NCBI GenBank assembly: GCA_040380025.1 | Contig: JBEIJY010000041.1 | Location: 1 to 12,413 of the forward strand | Source of the DNA: Bdellovibrionales bacterium | GTDB lineage: Bacteria > Bdellovibrionota > UBA1018 > CAIMNF01 | Length of the DNA stretch: 12,413 nucleotides | Direction of reading: 5' to 3' | The notes under the pieces: generated by a model | Told to the model about the DNA's origin: nothing | What the model saw: the letters and a program-made list of their open reading frames with translations, nothing else | Database searches by the model: none | Made by a program: the position numbers and the translations under genes | Shown here: one piece after another, positions 1-7,980 of the stretch | Position numbering within the stretch: position 1 is the first letter of the stretch | Layout: every line of letters begins with the position of its first letter

Positions 1-2
1 CG

Positions 3-2330
3 GACCTCGTGATCGATCACTCGGTGCAGGTCGATTTTTTCGGACAAAAAGACTCCTTCCACAAAAACCGCGAGCTCGAATACGAGCGCAACATGGAACG
101 CTATGAGTTTCTGAAATGGGGACAAAATGCCCTTCGGAACTTCCGTGTGGTCCCGCCCGAGACCGGGATCATCCATCAGGTGAACCTCGAGTGTCTCGCG
201 ACCGTTGCAATGACTTCCAAGGATTCGGACGGCACCTCGGTGGTGTACCCCGATTCGTGCGTGGGAACCGACTCGCATACGACCATGATCAATGGCCTTG
301 GAGTCGTGGGCTGGGGGGTCGGCGGAATCGAAGCCGAGGCCGCGATGCTCGGGCAACCGATCTCGATGCTGATCCCGCAAGTGGTCGGCATGAAACTCAC
401 GGGCAAGCTCCGCGAGGGCGTGACCGCGACGGATTTGGTGCTCACCATCACCCAGATTCTTCGCAAAAAAGGCGTGGTCGGAAAATTCGTCGAGTTCTTC
501 GGGCAAGGGGTCTCGGGCCTCTCGCTTGCCGATCGTGCGACGATCGCGAACATGGCTCCCGAGTACGGCGCCACGATCGGGATCTTCCCGATCGACGAAA
601 AAACCCTCGATTATTTGCGCCTGACCGGGCGCGAGTCGCTCATTCCGCTCGTCACCGCCTACTATCAGGAACAGGGAATGTGGTTTGATCCGTCTGCCAC
701 GCCGATGTTCTCAGACACGGTCGAGCTTGATCTTGCCTCGATCGAGCCTTCTCTTGCCGGTCCCTCGCGTCCGCAGGACCGCGTGACCCTGACCAAGGTG
801 AAGAGCGAGTTCCAGAATTCGCTCCCCACCCTGATCTCGCAAATGAAGGACCCTGAGGCGAAGCCCGGCGCAAAAGCGGGCTTTGAGCTCGACGGCGTGA
901 ACCACACGATCGGCCACGGTGCCGTGACCATTGCGGCCATCACCTCGTGCACGAACACCTCGAACCCGAGCGGTCTCATCACGGCGGGGCTCCTTGCCCG
1001 GAATGCCGTTGCAAAAGGCCTGCGCGTGAAGCCTTGGGTGAAGACCTCGATGGCCCCGGGCTCGAAGGTCGTGACGGATTATCTTCAGGAGTCGGGGCTT
1101 CTGGCTCCGATGGAAGCGCTGCACTTCAACCTTGTGGGCTACGGCTGCACCACCTGCATCGGAAACGCAGGCCCCCTCATTGACGCCGTTTCGAAGGCCG
1201 TCAGCGACGGAAAGCTCGTGGTCGCCTCGGTTCTTTCCGGGAACCGCAACTTCGAAGGCCGCATCAACCCCCAGGTCCGCGCGAATTATCTTGCCTCCCC
1301 CGCCCTCGTGATCGCCTATGCGATCGCAGGAACGGTCGATCTGGACCTGACCTCCGAGCCGATCGGCACTGCGAACGACGGAACCTCCGTGTTCTTGAAG
1401 GACATCTGGCCTTCGAACGCCGAGATCGAGGCCCTGGTCGCGCGTCATGTGACGGCAAACCAGTTCAAAAAGAGCTATGCCGATGTGTTCGAGGGCGATG
1501 AGTACTGGGCGAAAGTGAAGGCCCCGGCAGGAGAGCTGTTCGCGTTCAGCGAGCAATCGACCTACATCAAAGAGCCTTCGTTCCTCTCGGAGCTGACGCC
1601 GGAACCAAAAGCGCTCACCGACATCAAGAGCGCGCGGATTCTCGGACTCTTCGGCGACTCGATCACGACCGATCACATCTCGCCCGCAGGATCGATCGCG
1701 AAGAACTCCCCTGCCGCCCGTCACCTGATCGGCCTCGGGGTCGAGCCGAAGGACTTCAACTCGTATGGCGCCCGCCGCGGCAACCACGAGATCATGGTGC
1801 GCGGAACCTTCGCGAACGTGCGGATCAAGAACAAGATCATGAACGGCGTCGAGGGCGGACTCACGAGGAAGTTCCCCGAAGGCACGGAGATGTCGATTTT
1901 TGACGCATCCGAGAGCTATCGCAAGGCGGGAACCCCGCTCGTTGTGATCGCGGGCAAAGAATACGGAACCGGCTCGTCGCGCGACTGGGCCGCGAAGGGC
2001 ACGATGATGCTCGGAGTCCGCGCCGTGATCGCCGAGAGCTTCGAGCGGATCCACCGCTCGAATCTGGTCGGCATGGGTGTGCTTCCGCTTCAGTTCCTGC
2101 CGGGGGAATCGGCCGATGCGCACGGACTGAAGGGCGAGGAGACCATCGACATCGAGGGCATTCCGAGCGTCCAGCCGGGACAAAAACTGAAAGCGCGGAT
2201 CACCTGGCCGGACGGGAAATCAAAAGAGATCACCCTTCAGGGCCGGATCGACACCGCAAACGAGCTCGAATACTACAAACACGGTGGAATCCTCCATTAC
2301 GTGATCCGAAGCCTTTTGAAACAAGGCTGA
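3..2330 (+). CDS. acnA: Aconitate hydratase A (AcnA/IRP family), 5'-truncated by the window edge
   Basis: The frame is open from the window start (DLVIDHSVQVD). AcnA motifs are present: GIIHQVNLE, DSCVGTDSHTTMINGLGVVGWGVGGIEAEA, Fe-S ligands in AAITSCTNTSNP and GYGCTTCIGN, SGNRNFEGR, DSITTDHISPAG, YGTGSSRDWAAKG, SFERIHRSNLVGMG. Stop TGA ends at 2330. Confidence 0.98.
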   Translation, partial: DLVIDHSVQVDFFGQKDSFHKNRELEYERNMERYEFLKWGQNALRNFRVVPPETGIIHQVNLECLATVAMTSKDSDGTSVVYPDSCVGTDSHTTMINGLGVVGWGVGGIEAEAAMLGQPISMLIPQVVGMKLTGKLREGVTATDLVLTITQILRKKGVVGKFVEFFGQGVSGLSLADRATIANMAPEYGATIGIFPIDEKTLDYLRLTGRESLIPLVTAYYQEQGMWFDPSATPMFSDTVELDLASIEPSLAGPSRPQDRVTLTKVKSEFQNSLPTLISQMKDPEAKPGAKAGFELDGVNHTIGHGAVTIAAITSCTNTSNPSGLITAGLLARNAVAKGLRVKPWVKTSMAPGSKVVTDYLQESGLLAPMEALHFNLVGYGCTTCIGNAGPLIDAVSKAVSDGKLVVASVLSGNRNFEGRINPQVRANYLASPALVIAYAIAGTVDLDLTSEPIGTANDGTSVFLKDIWPSNAEIEALVARHVTANQFKKSYADVFEGDEYWAKVKAPAGELFAFSEQSTYIKEPSFLSELTPEPKALTDIKSARILGLFGDSITTDHISPAGSIAKNSPAARHLIGLGVEPKDFNSYGARRGNHEIMVRGTFANVRIKNKIMNGVEGGLTRKFPEGTEMSIFDASESYRKAGTPLVVIAGKEYGTGSSRDWAAKGTMMLGVRAVIAESFERIHRSNLVGMGVLPLQFLPGESADAHGLKGEETIDIEGIPSVQPGQKLKARITWPDGKSKEITLQGRIDTANELEYYKHGGILHYVIRSLLKQG

Positions 2331-2349
2331 AGAAGGGAACCGCCTCATC

Positions 2350-2610
2350 ATGACCAAAGACGAAAAACTCGAGCTCATCCAGCGCGTGCTCGGACTCCGG
2401 CACAAGCTGAAGGTTCTGGACAGCATGAAAACCCCCGAAACTCACGATGAGCTTTCGGAGAACCTGCTCTCGCGCTGGGAACTCGAAGACGAGATCCGCG
2501 CGATCGAGTCCCTCCTCGACGAGGAGCGGAATGCGAACGTGCGGGCGAAACGCTCGCAGGTCGAGGCGCAGTACCTTTCGGGGACCCCTTCGCCCCGGAA
2601 AAAAAAGTAA
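2350..2610 (+). CDS. Hypothetical 86-aa charged, predicted helical/coiled-coil protein
   Basis: ATG lies 19 nt after the acnA stop with a purine-rich AGAAGGGAA upstream. The ORF fills the gap between acnA and the LOG gene. It is E/L/K/R-rich with heptad-like spacing and a basic C-terminus (SPRKKK). No family recognised. Confidence 0.8.
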   Translation: MTKDEKLELIQRVLGLRHKLKVLDSMKTPETHDELSENLLSRWELEDEIRAIESLLDEERNANVRAKRSQVEAQYLSGTPSPRKKK

Positions 2611-2620
2611 CCGCACTCGA

Positions 2621-3292
2621 ATGAGACTTCGCGATTTCTCCCGTTCGCAGATTTCATACTCGGCGCCGTATCGCGCGCGGTTTGTCGCCGATGTGTCGAT
2701 GTTCTTCCGGATCGCATTCCAGTTCTGGCGGGGGTTCCATTTTTTGCGGAACACCCGGCGTGCAGTAACGGTATTCGGCTCGGCCAGGACGCCCGATGAT
2801 CATCCGTATTGCCGAATCGCCTATGAGATCTCGCGCGACATCGCCTCGCGTGGCATCGCGATCGTCACGGGCGGAGGCGGCGCGATCATGCAGGCCGCAA
2901 ACCGCGGCGCGCACGAGGCCGGAGCCCCCTCGATCGGAATCAACATCGAGATCGCCCGTGAGCAACACCTGAACCCCTTCGTGACCCGGAGCCTCCGGTG
3001 CCGCTACTTCTTTGTGCGAAAAGTCCTGCTTTGTCGCTATAGCGAGGCGTTCGTGGTGCTTCCGGGCGGGTTCGGCACGCTCGACGAGCTTTTCGAGATC
3101 ATCACGCTGATCCAGACAAAAAAAATGCACGCCCGCCCCGTGGTGCTGATCGGGACCGAGTACTGGAAGGGCCTTCTTGCTTGGGCAAAAGAGGTGCTGA
3201 TTCGCGACGGAATGATCACCGAAGAGGAGCTCTCACGCCTCAAGGTTGTGGACTCCTCGAGAGAAGCGCTTGAGGTCTTGAATCTCAGCTAA
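2621..3292 (+). CDS. LOG-family (TIGR00730-type Rossmann fold) nucleotide monophosphate nucleosidase / cytokinin riboside 5'-monophosphate phosphoribohydrolase
   Basis: Motifs VTVFGSAR, IVTGGGGAIMQAANRGA, YFFVRKV and the signature PGGFGTLDELFE. Start placed at ATG 2621, 10 nt after the upstream stop; the ORF-track start at 2447 overlaps the 86-aa gene. Confidence 0.93.
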   Translation: MRLRDFSRSQISYSAPYRARFVADVSMFFRIAFQFWRGFHFLRNTRRAVTVFGSARTPDDHPYCRIAYEISRDIASRGIAIVTGGGGAIMQAANRGAHEAGAPSIGINIEIAREQHLNPFVTRSLRCRYFFVRKVLLCRYSEAFVVLPGGFGTLDELFEIITLIQTKKMHARPVVLIGTEYWKGLLAWAKEVLIRDGMITEEELSRLKVVDSSREALEVLNLS

Positions 3293-4106
3293 GAGCCCCA
3301 CCGCTCCCCGCGCCGAACAAGAGCGCGATCCCGATCGCAAGCACCACCCGGTAAATCGCAAACACGGCAAAGCTCGTCCGGCTCACCCATTTGATCAGCA
3401 CATGGATCGCAAGCGCCCCGAACAAAAGCGCGCTCCCGCATCCGAGCAGAAGCGGTGTGGCACCTTGGAACGACTCCATGAGCTCGTGCCGGTGCGGAAG
3501 CTCATGCACGATGGCGCCGAGCGTGATCGGCAAAGAGAGCAAAAACGAGATGCGGGCGCTCTCGGCCCGATGGAAGCCGAGCAGGCGCGCGGCCGTCATC
3601 GTGCTTCCCGAGCGGGAAACCCCGGGAATAAGCGCCAGAGCCTGAAAGAGCCCGATGTAGAGCATGTCCCGAAGCGTTGAGTCTTGCAGGGTGCGCTTCA
3701 TCGGACGGACCCGATCGACCCACCAAAGAAGAATCCCGAACAGGGGAAGCGTGACCCAGAGGATCACGAGCGCCCGCGTGTGTTCCTTGATGAAGGAATT
3801 CAAAAGAACACCCGCGATCACCGCGGGAATCGTCCCCACGGCGAGATGGACCCACGAGAGATGGGCGATCCCCCCTTCCCGGACCTGCTTCGGGATGGGG
3901 TTCTTGGCGATCAGGATCCAGTCCTTGAAGAAATACAAGGCCGTGGCAAGGAGGGTCCCGAGGTGCAAAATGACGTCAAAGGCAAGGCCCGGATCCTGGG
4001 TTCCGAGCGCATGGGGCAGGATCAGAAGGTGCGCCGAACTGCTCACGGGAAGATACTCGGTTGCGCCCTGGACCAGCCCGTAAAGAATCGCCTCGATGTG
4101 CCCCAT
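3285..4106 (-). CDS. uppP: Undecaprenyl-diphosphate phosphatase (BacA/UppP)
   Basis: Signature motifs GLVQGATEYLPVSSSAHL, HLGT, GTIPA, QALALIPGVSRSGST, ARISFLLSLP and FAIYR. 273-aa polytopic membrane protein. Confidence 0.97.
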   Translation of the reverse strand: MGHIEAILYGLVQGATEYLPVSSSAHLLILPHALGTQDPGLAFDVILHLGTLLATALYFFKDWILIAKNPIPKQVREGGIAHLSWVHLAVGTIPAVIAGVLLNSFIKEHTRALVILWVTLPLFGILLWWVDRVRPMKRTLQDSTLRDMLYIGLFQALALIPGVSRSGSTMTAARLLGFHRAESARISFLLSLPITLGAIVHELPHRHELMESFQGATPLLLGCGSALLFGALAIHVLIKWVSRTSFAVFAIYRVVLAIGIALLFGAGSGGALS

Positions 4107-4121
4107 GGCGCGAGAGTACTC

Positions 4122-4151
4122 TTGTAAATTCTCGAAATCTAGGTCTAAGAT
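4122..4151 (+). promoter_or_regulatory. Candidate sigma70-type promoter for the FKBP gene
   Basis: TTGTAA (4122-4127), 18-nt spacer, TAAGAT (4146-4151) in an AT-rich divergent intergenic region. SD-like AAAGGA at 4165-4170 precedes ATG 4178. Consensus similarity only. Confidence 0.5.
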
Positions 4152-4177
4152 GAATGAAAACCAGAAAGGAACTCTCC

Positions 4178-4633
4178 ATGAAAAAGATCATCGCATTCGC
4201 ATTTATTTCTGCGATCGCAGTTTCTGCGTGCACGAAGAAGCCCGCCGAGACCACCCAACCCGCAACTCAAACCGACGCAGCCGCCGTTCAGCCGGCAGCC
4301 GCGGTCGAGCCGAAAGTCGAAATCACCGACGTGAAGGTCGGCGCTGGTGACGAAGCCGTTGCCGGAAAAGAAATCCAAGTCCACTACACCGGCACTCTCC
4401 AGGACGGAACCAAGTTCGACTCTTCTCTCGACCGTCAGCCGTTCTCGTTCACGCTCGGCGTGGGCCAGGTGATCAAAGGCTGGGACCAAGGCGTTCTCGG
4501 CATGAAAGTCGGCGGAAAGCGCAAGCTCGTGATTCCTGCTCAACTCGCATACGGTGACAAGGCGATCGGCAAGATCCCTGCGAACTCGACCCTCGTGTTT
4601 GACGTCGAGCTTTTGTCCGTGAAGAAGCAGTAA
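4178..4633 (+). CDS. FKBP-type peptidyl-prolyl cis-trans isomerase, predicted lipoprotein
   Basis: Signal peptide [18 protein letters not shown] with a lipobox-like VSAC, then an Ala/Pro/Thr/Gln linker and an FKBP domain ([56 protein letters not shown]). SD AAAGGA sits 7 nt upstream of ATG 4178. Confidence 0.96.
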   Translation: MKKIIAFAFISAIAVSACTKKPAETTQPATQTDAAAVQPAAAVEPKVEITDVKVGAGDEAVAGKEIQVHYTGTLQDGTKFDSSLDRQPFSFTLGVGQVIKGWDQGVLGMKVGGKRKLVIPAQLAYGDKAIGKIPANSTLVFDVELLSVKKQ

Positions 4634-4662
4634 TCGATCGCTACAAAGAAAACCGATCCAAG

Positions 4663-4696
4663 AAAGCGGCGGCCCGAACGGTCGCCGCTTTTTTTT
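4663..4696. terminator. Rho-independent terminator, probably bidirectional, between the convergent FKBP and globin genes
   Basis: AAAGCGGCGGCC-cgaac-GGTCGCCGCTTT GC-rich stem (one G-T pair), followed by a T-run on + and preceded by an A-rich tract that provides U residues on the - strand. Confidence 0.88.
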
Positions 4697-4726
4697 AACC
4701 CGAAACAACCCCAATCCGAAACGACC

Positions 4727-5131
4727 TCAGTCCGAAACCACCACTGCGCGGAAGCTCTCCTCGAAGCGAACCCAGAGATCGACCTGGGTGGGCGTGAGCG
4801 ATTCCTCGCTCAAGACCTGACGGAGAATCACGAGCCGCCGGTCGAAGTGCCCGGACAGAATGGGCGGAAGCGCGGTGTGGGCCGAGGCCGGGCCTTTTCC
4901 GGGGAACGAGCTGATCTTCCCTGCGGCAAGAAGCACGAAGAGGGATTGCTTGCGCGAGATCTCGTGCAGGTCATGCCCCTCGAAGAAAAAACCGATCATG
5001 AGGTCGCGCGCCATGACCGCGTAAAAACGCTCCAGAATGCGCAGGAGCGCAGGCTCGCCTCCGATCGAATCGATGAGCCCTGCGAGCTCCTCGCGCGAAG
5101 GCGACACGACTTTGGGCCGCTTCGGGCTCAG
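4727..5131 (-). CDS. Truncated (2/2) hemoglobin, group I-like globin
   Basis: IGG motif, B9-B10 FY (ERFY), D-x-x-I-x-x-FF (DLMIGFFF), distal Gln (RKQ), proximal His in SAH, and HFD. The start is uncertain: CTG 5131 (overlaps the top6A stop, with GGGGA upstream) or GTG 5107. The ORF-track start at 5224 lies inside top6A. Confidence 0.85.
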   Translation of the reverse strand: MSPKRPKVVSPSREELAGLIDSIGGEPALLRILERFYAVMARDLMIGFFFEGHDLHEISRKQSLFVLLAAGKISSFPGKGPASAHTALPPILSGHFDRRLVILRQVLSEESLTPTQVDLWVRFEESFRAVVVSD

Positions 5132-6294
5132 ACGTAGTCCCCGCGCTTGATTTTGTCGATCAGGATCTTCTCGGGCATGGTCGGGTCTTTCGGATTCACC
5201 GAAAAGAACGCCTGTTGCTCGCAACGGCGCTTGTTCTTGTAGAGCCAGCGAAGGATGTCAGCAAGCCCCTTGTTCCGCTTGTCCTGAAAGAACGGATCGT
5301 TCTTGAGCGCGTCGTCGGCCTTTTTGAGCGCCCGCACTTCCTGCATGTCGTTTTCTTTGACGGGGTAATCGAAGAGGTCATACCGCTTGATGTCGTCCGG
5401 GAGAACGCCGAGGAAGCGCACATCGGGCGCCGAGTAGTCCTGGTTCCGAATCAGGGACGCGGCCGAGCCCGCCTTCAGCGTGCGGTAAATGTTCTGGAGC
5501 GTGTAGGCATCGAGGTCCCCGAAGAAATACATCGGGACACTGAGCTGGTCCTGAATGAGCTTCGCCCAGCCCCGGACGGCGTTCGAGGGAACCCCCTGCG
5601 CGCCCATCACGATGCAGTTGTGGCGCTTGGTGATGCCGTTTGCGACGAGCGTGTTCGCGGTACCTTCGGATTCGACGATCAGGCAAAAATCGATTTTCTT
5701 CCTGGCCGAGAGCTTCAGGTTCTGCGGCCGGTTCTTGGGCTGGAACGGCGAGGTTCCGAGCTTCGAGAGATCGACCACGGCGGTATCGCCGTCAGGAAGG
5801 GTCTCGGTCACGACCAACTGCTGGGAATAGGTCTGCCCACCGCGGTCGTTCGCATAACAGTTCAGCTCCTCGCGATAGCACTCGAGGATCTCGCAAATAA
5901 AATCAATCGTCTCGTCGCTCTCGCCTTGTTCGGTGAAATCAAGCGGCTTCAGGAGCGGCGTCGCCTTGGTTTCCCCTTTGCTCATGTAGTACAACTCGCG
6001 CTTCGTGTTCACGGCGCCGCTCTCGATGTTCCGGAGCAGGATTTCGAGCATGAACACGGCGCGGGACATTTTTTTGACCGAGCTCACGTTCAGCTCGGTT
6101 GCGACTTTTTTTCCGCCCGGGGTGAGGTAGCCCACCTTGTGGTTGTAGATCGAGTTGTCGAGCGAGCATTTGGTCGCGTGGAGCACGGGCCGCTTGCCTT
6201 TTTCGAGGTCGGTCAGGAGCTTCATGCAAAGGGCTTTCGAGAGCCCGGGGATTTCGCTTTGGAGTTTTCCGCCCCGTCTGGTTGTGGTGCTCAT
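5128..6294 (-). CDS. top6A: DNA topoisomerase VI subunit A (Spo11-like)
   Basis: Winged-helix catalytic motif TKRELYY (Tyr102/103), TOPRIM glutamate in IVESEG, GAQGVP, DxD motif in FGDLDAY, and C-terminal EQQA. 388 aa. ATG overlaps the top6B stop (ATGA, 6291-6294) and has SD AGAGGAG upstream. Confidence 0.95.
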   Translation of the reverse strand: MSTTTRRGGKLQSEIPGLSKALCMKLLTDLEKGKRPVLHATKCSLDNSIYNHKVGYLTPGGKKVATELNVSSVKKMSRAVFMLEILLRNIESGAVNTKRELYYMSKGETKATPLLKPLDFTEQGESDETIDFICEILECYREELNCYANDRGGQTYSQQLVVTETLPDGDTAVVDLSKLGTSPFQPKNRPQNLKLSARKKIDFCLIVESEGTANTLVANGITKRHNCIVMGAQGVPSNAVRGWAKLIQDQLSVPMYFFGDLDAYTLQNIYRTLKAGSAASLIRNQDYSAPDVRFLGVLPDDIKRYDLFDYPVKENDMQEVRALKKADDALKNDPFFQDKRNKGLADILRWLYKNKRRCEQQAFFSVNPKDPTMPEKILIDKIKRGDYV

Positions 6295-7943
6295 GCTGTC
6301 TCCTCTGAATCTTTGGCCTTTTGGATTTCGAGTTTGGTGTTCGCGTCCTCGAGCTCTTTTTCGGTCGCGGTCGTGTCGCGCCCGAGGATCTTCATGAGCC
6401 CCTCACGGGCCCGCTTTTTTTGCTCTTCTTTGGCCTGGGTGATGCGAGCCAGACCTTCAACCAGAATCGGCCCGAATTGCTCGATGTAACGGATTTTCTC
6501 TTCGAGCTCGTTCGCCTTGTGCTCGGCCTTGATGTAGCGCGAGAGCTTTTGCCCGGCCTGGATGAGCGCGCGGCGGATCTCTTCGACCAGCTCATCGGAG
6601 GCATCGATGGTTTCTTTCGATGCGTTCTTGAACTTGATGAAGGGGCTCACGACCGAGACGGCAAAAATATACGGCCCGAGCGGGAAGGCGTCTTTGGGCT
6701 GGGCAAGCCCGTAGGCACGCCAGTTCACCGAAGAAAGCGCCTGGGCGATCGCACAGGCGGACTTGTCGAACTGGAGCGGAACGCGGTTTGCAAACCGGAG
6801 AAGCTGGGCCGGGCTGTCGCTCGCGTCCGAGGTTTTTTGCTCGAGGCGCGCGATCGCGACCTCGACCTGCACCGGTTTGAAGTCGCAGATGGTGGGCTTT
6901 CTCGTCACGACCGAGAAGAAATCGACCTTGCCCAGACGCTGGATGCTCTTGGACATCGCGTCCTCGCCGATGCTGAGCACGGAGTTCGTCGAGGGGGCCT
7001 TCAGCTCGGCCTTCTGGATGGCCGAGAAGATCTTGGCCATCTCGCCGTCCTCGAGCTGATCGACGAGCTTCTCGAAAAGACCTTTCGTGAGGGCGTTTTC
7101 TTTGACTTTGACGATGTCGTCGATGACCGAATCGCCGATCCGGCTGAAGCCTTTCTTGAGCCAGGCGTTCACCTTCTGGCGACCGAACAAATGCGAGTGA
7201 TGGATGAACTCGCCGAGCTTCATCGTGTGCGGGTGCGGCTCGGTCGCCTCGGGAATGAGCGGGACTTCGCGCGAGACGCGCTCGACCTTCTGCCACTCCT
7301 GCTCGGGGAGCTTGTACTCGAGGTTCAGGTGCGGGTTCACGAGCGTGGTTCCGAGGAGGTAATTCAAGAGCCCGGCCTCGCCGTTGATCTGGATCCGTCC
7401 GTCGAACACGAACTCGACCCGCGTGCCGTGCGCGCGATCCCACTCGAAGGTTTCGCGGTTTTTGATCACGCCCTTGTTGTTCTTGATGTCGACTTCGATC
7501 TGGGCCGAGACGGCCTTGCGCATGGCCTTGGTCTTCGAGACGACCTTGGCCCCTTGGGCGCAGGTGAGCTGGGCCCAGGTCGTGGCGGCAGAAATCCCGA
7601 TCCCCTGCTGGCCGCGCGTACAGCGCCCGCGCCCGAATTTGGACGAGGCGAGATACTCGCCGAACACTTTTGGCAGATCATCGGCGTCGATTCCGGGACC
7701 GTTGTCTTCGACCATCACCCGGATGCGCTCGGAGTTTTTGATCGAACCCGGGCCAAGACGCTCGATTTCGACCCGGATGTCGGGAGCCATGTGGTGCTCC
7801 TCGCAGGCATCGAGAGCGTTGTCGACCGCCTCTTTTAAGGTGGTCAGAACGGCCTTGGTGGGGCTCGAGAAGCCGACCTGCTGAAGATTTTTCGAGAAAT
7901 ATTCAGCAGTTGAGGAACTTGAAATTTTCTTTTGGTCTGCCAT
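6291..7943 (-). CDS. top6B: DNA topoisomerase VI subunit B (GHKL ATPase, H2TH and transducer domains)
   Basis: AEYFSKNLQQVGF, GHKL motifs KEAVDNALDA, EDNGPGI, SSKF and RGQQGIGISAA, then PHP, transducer motif RFANRVPL, WRAYGL and the switch-lysine region ASKETID. Start placed at ATG 7943 (MADQKK) with SD AGGGG 7 nt upstream; 550 aa. Confidence 0.96.
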   Translation of the reverse strand: MADQKKISSSSTAEYFSKNLQQVGFSSPTKAVLTTLKEAVDNALDACEEHHMAPDIRVEIERLGPGSIKNSERIRVMVEDNGPGIDADDLPKVFGEYLASSKFGRGRCTRGQQGIGISAATTWAQLTCAQGAKVVSKTKAMRKAVSAQIEVDIKNNKGVIKNRETFEWDRAHGTRVEFVFDGRIQINGEAGLLNYLLGTTLVNPHLNLEYKLPEQEWQKVERVSREVPLIPEATEPHPHTMKLGEFIHHSHLFGRQKVNAWLKKGFSRIGDSVIDDIVKVKENALTKGLFEKLVDQLEDGEMAKIFSAIQKAELKAPSTNSVLSIGEDAMSKSIQRLGKVDFFSVVTRKPTICDFKPVQVEVAIARLEQKTSDASDSPAQLLRFANRVPLQFDKSACAIAQALSSVNWRAYGLAQPKDAFPLGPYIFAVSVVSPFIKFKNASKETIDASDELVEEIRRALIQAGQKLSRYIKAEHKANELEEKIRYIEQFGPILVEGLARITQAKEEQKKRAREGLMKILGRDTTATEKELEDANTKLEIQKAKDSEETA

Positions 7944-7980
7944 AGCTGTGCCCCTAGTGAAGCAAAAACGACCGGCTTCG

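Noticed and set aside
711..2183. 490-aa antisense ORF within acnA
   Set aside because: Shadow ORF opposite a well-conserved gene. GC-rich codon bias depletes antisense stops, and it has no recognisable motifs.
4178..4633. Assigning the symbol fkpA or mip to the FKBP gene
   Set aside because: It lacks the N-terminal dimerisation domain of FkpA/Mip, so only a family-level call is supported.
5215..7838. Long + strand ORFs (424 aa and 505 aa) opposite top6A and top6B
   Set aside because: Antisense shadow frames of genes with clear conserved motifs, with no domain signatures of their own.
7959..7979. GAAGC...GCTTC inverted repeat between the helicase and top6B as a terminator
   Set aside because: Only a 5-bp stem with an 11-nt loop and no following U-tract, too weak to call.
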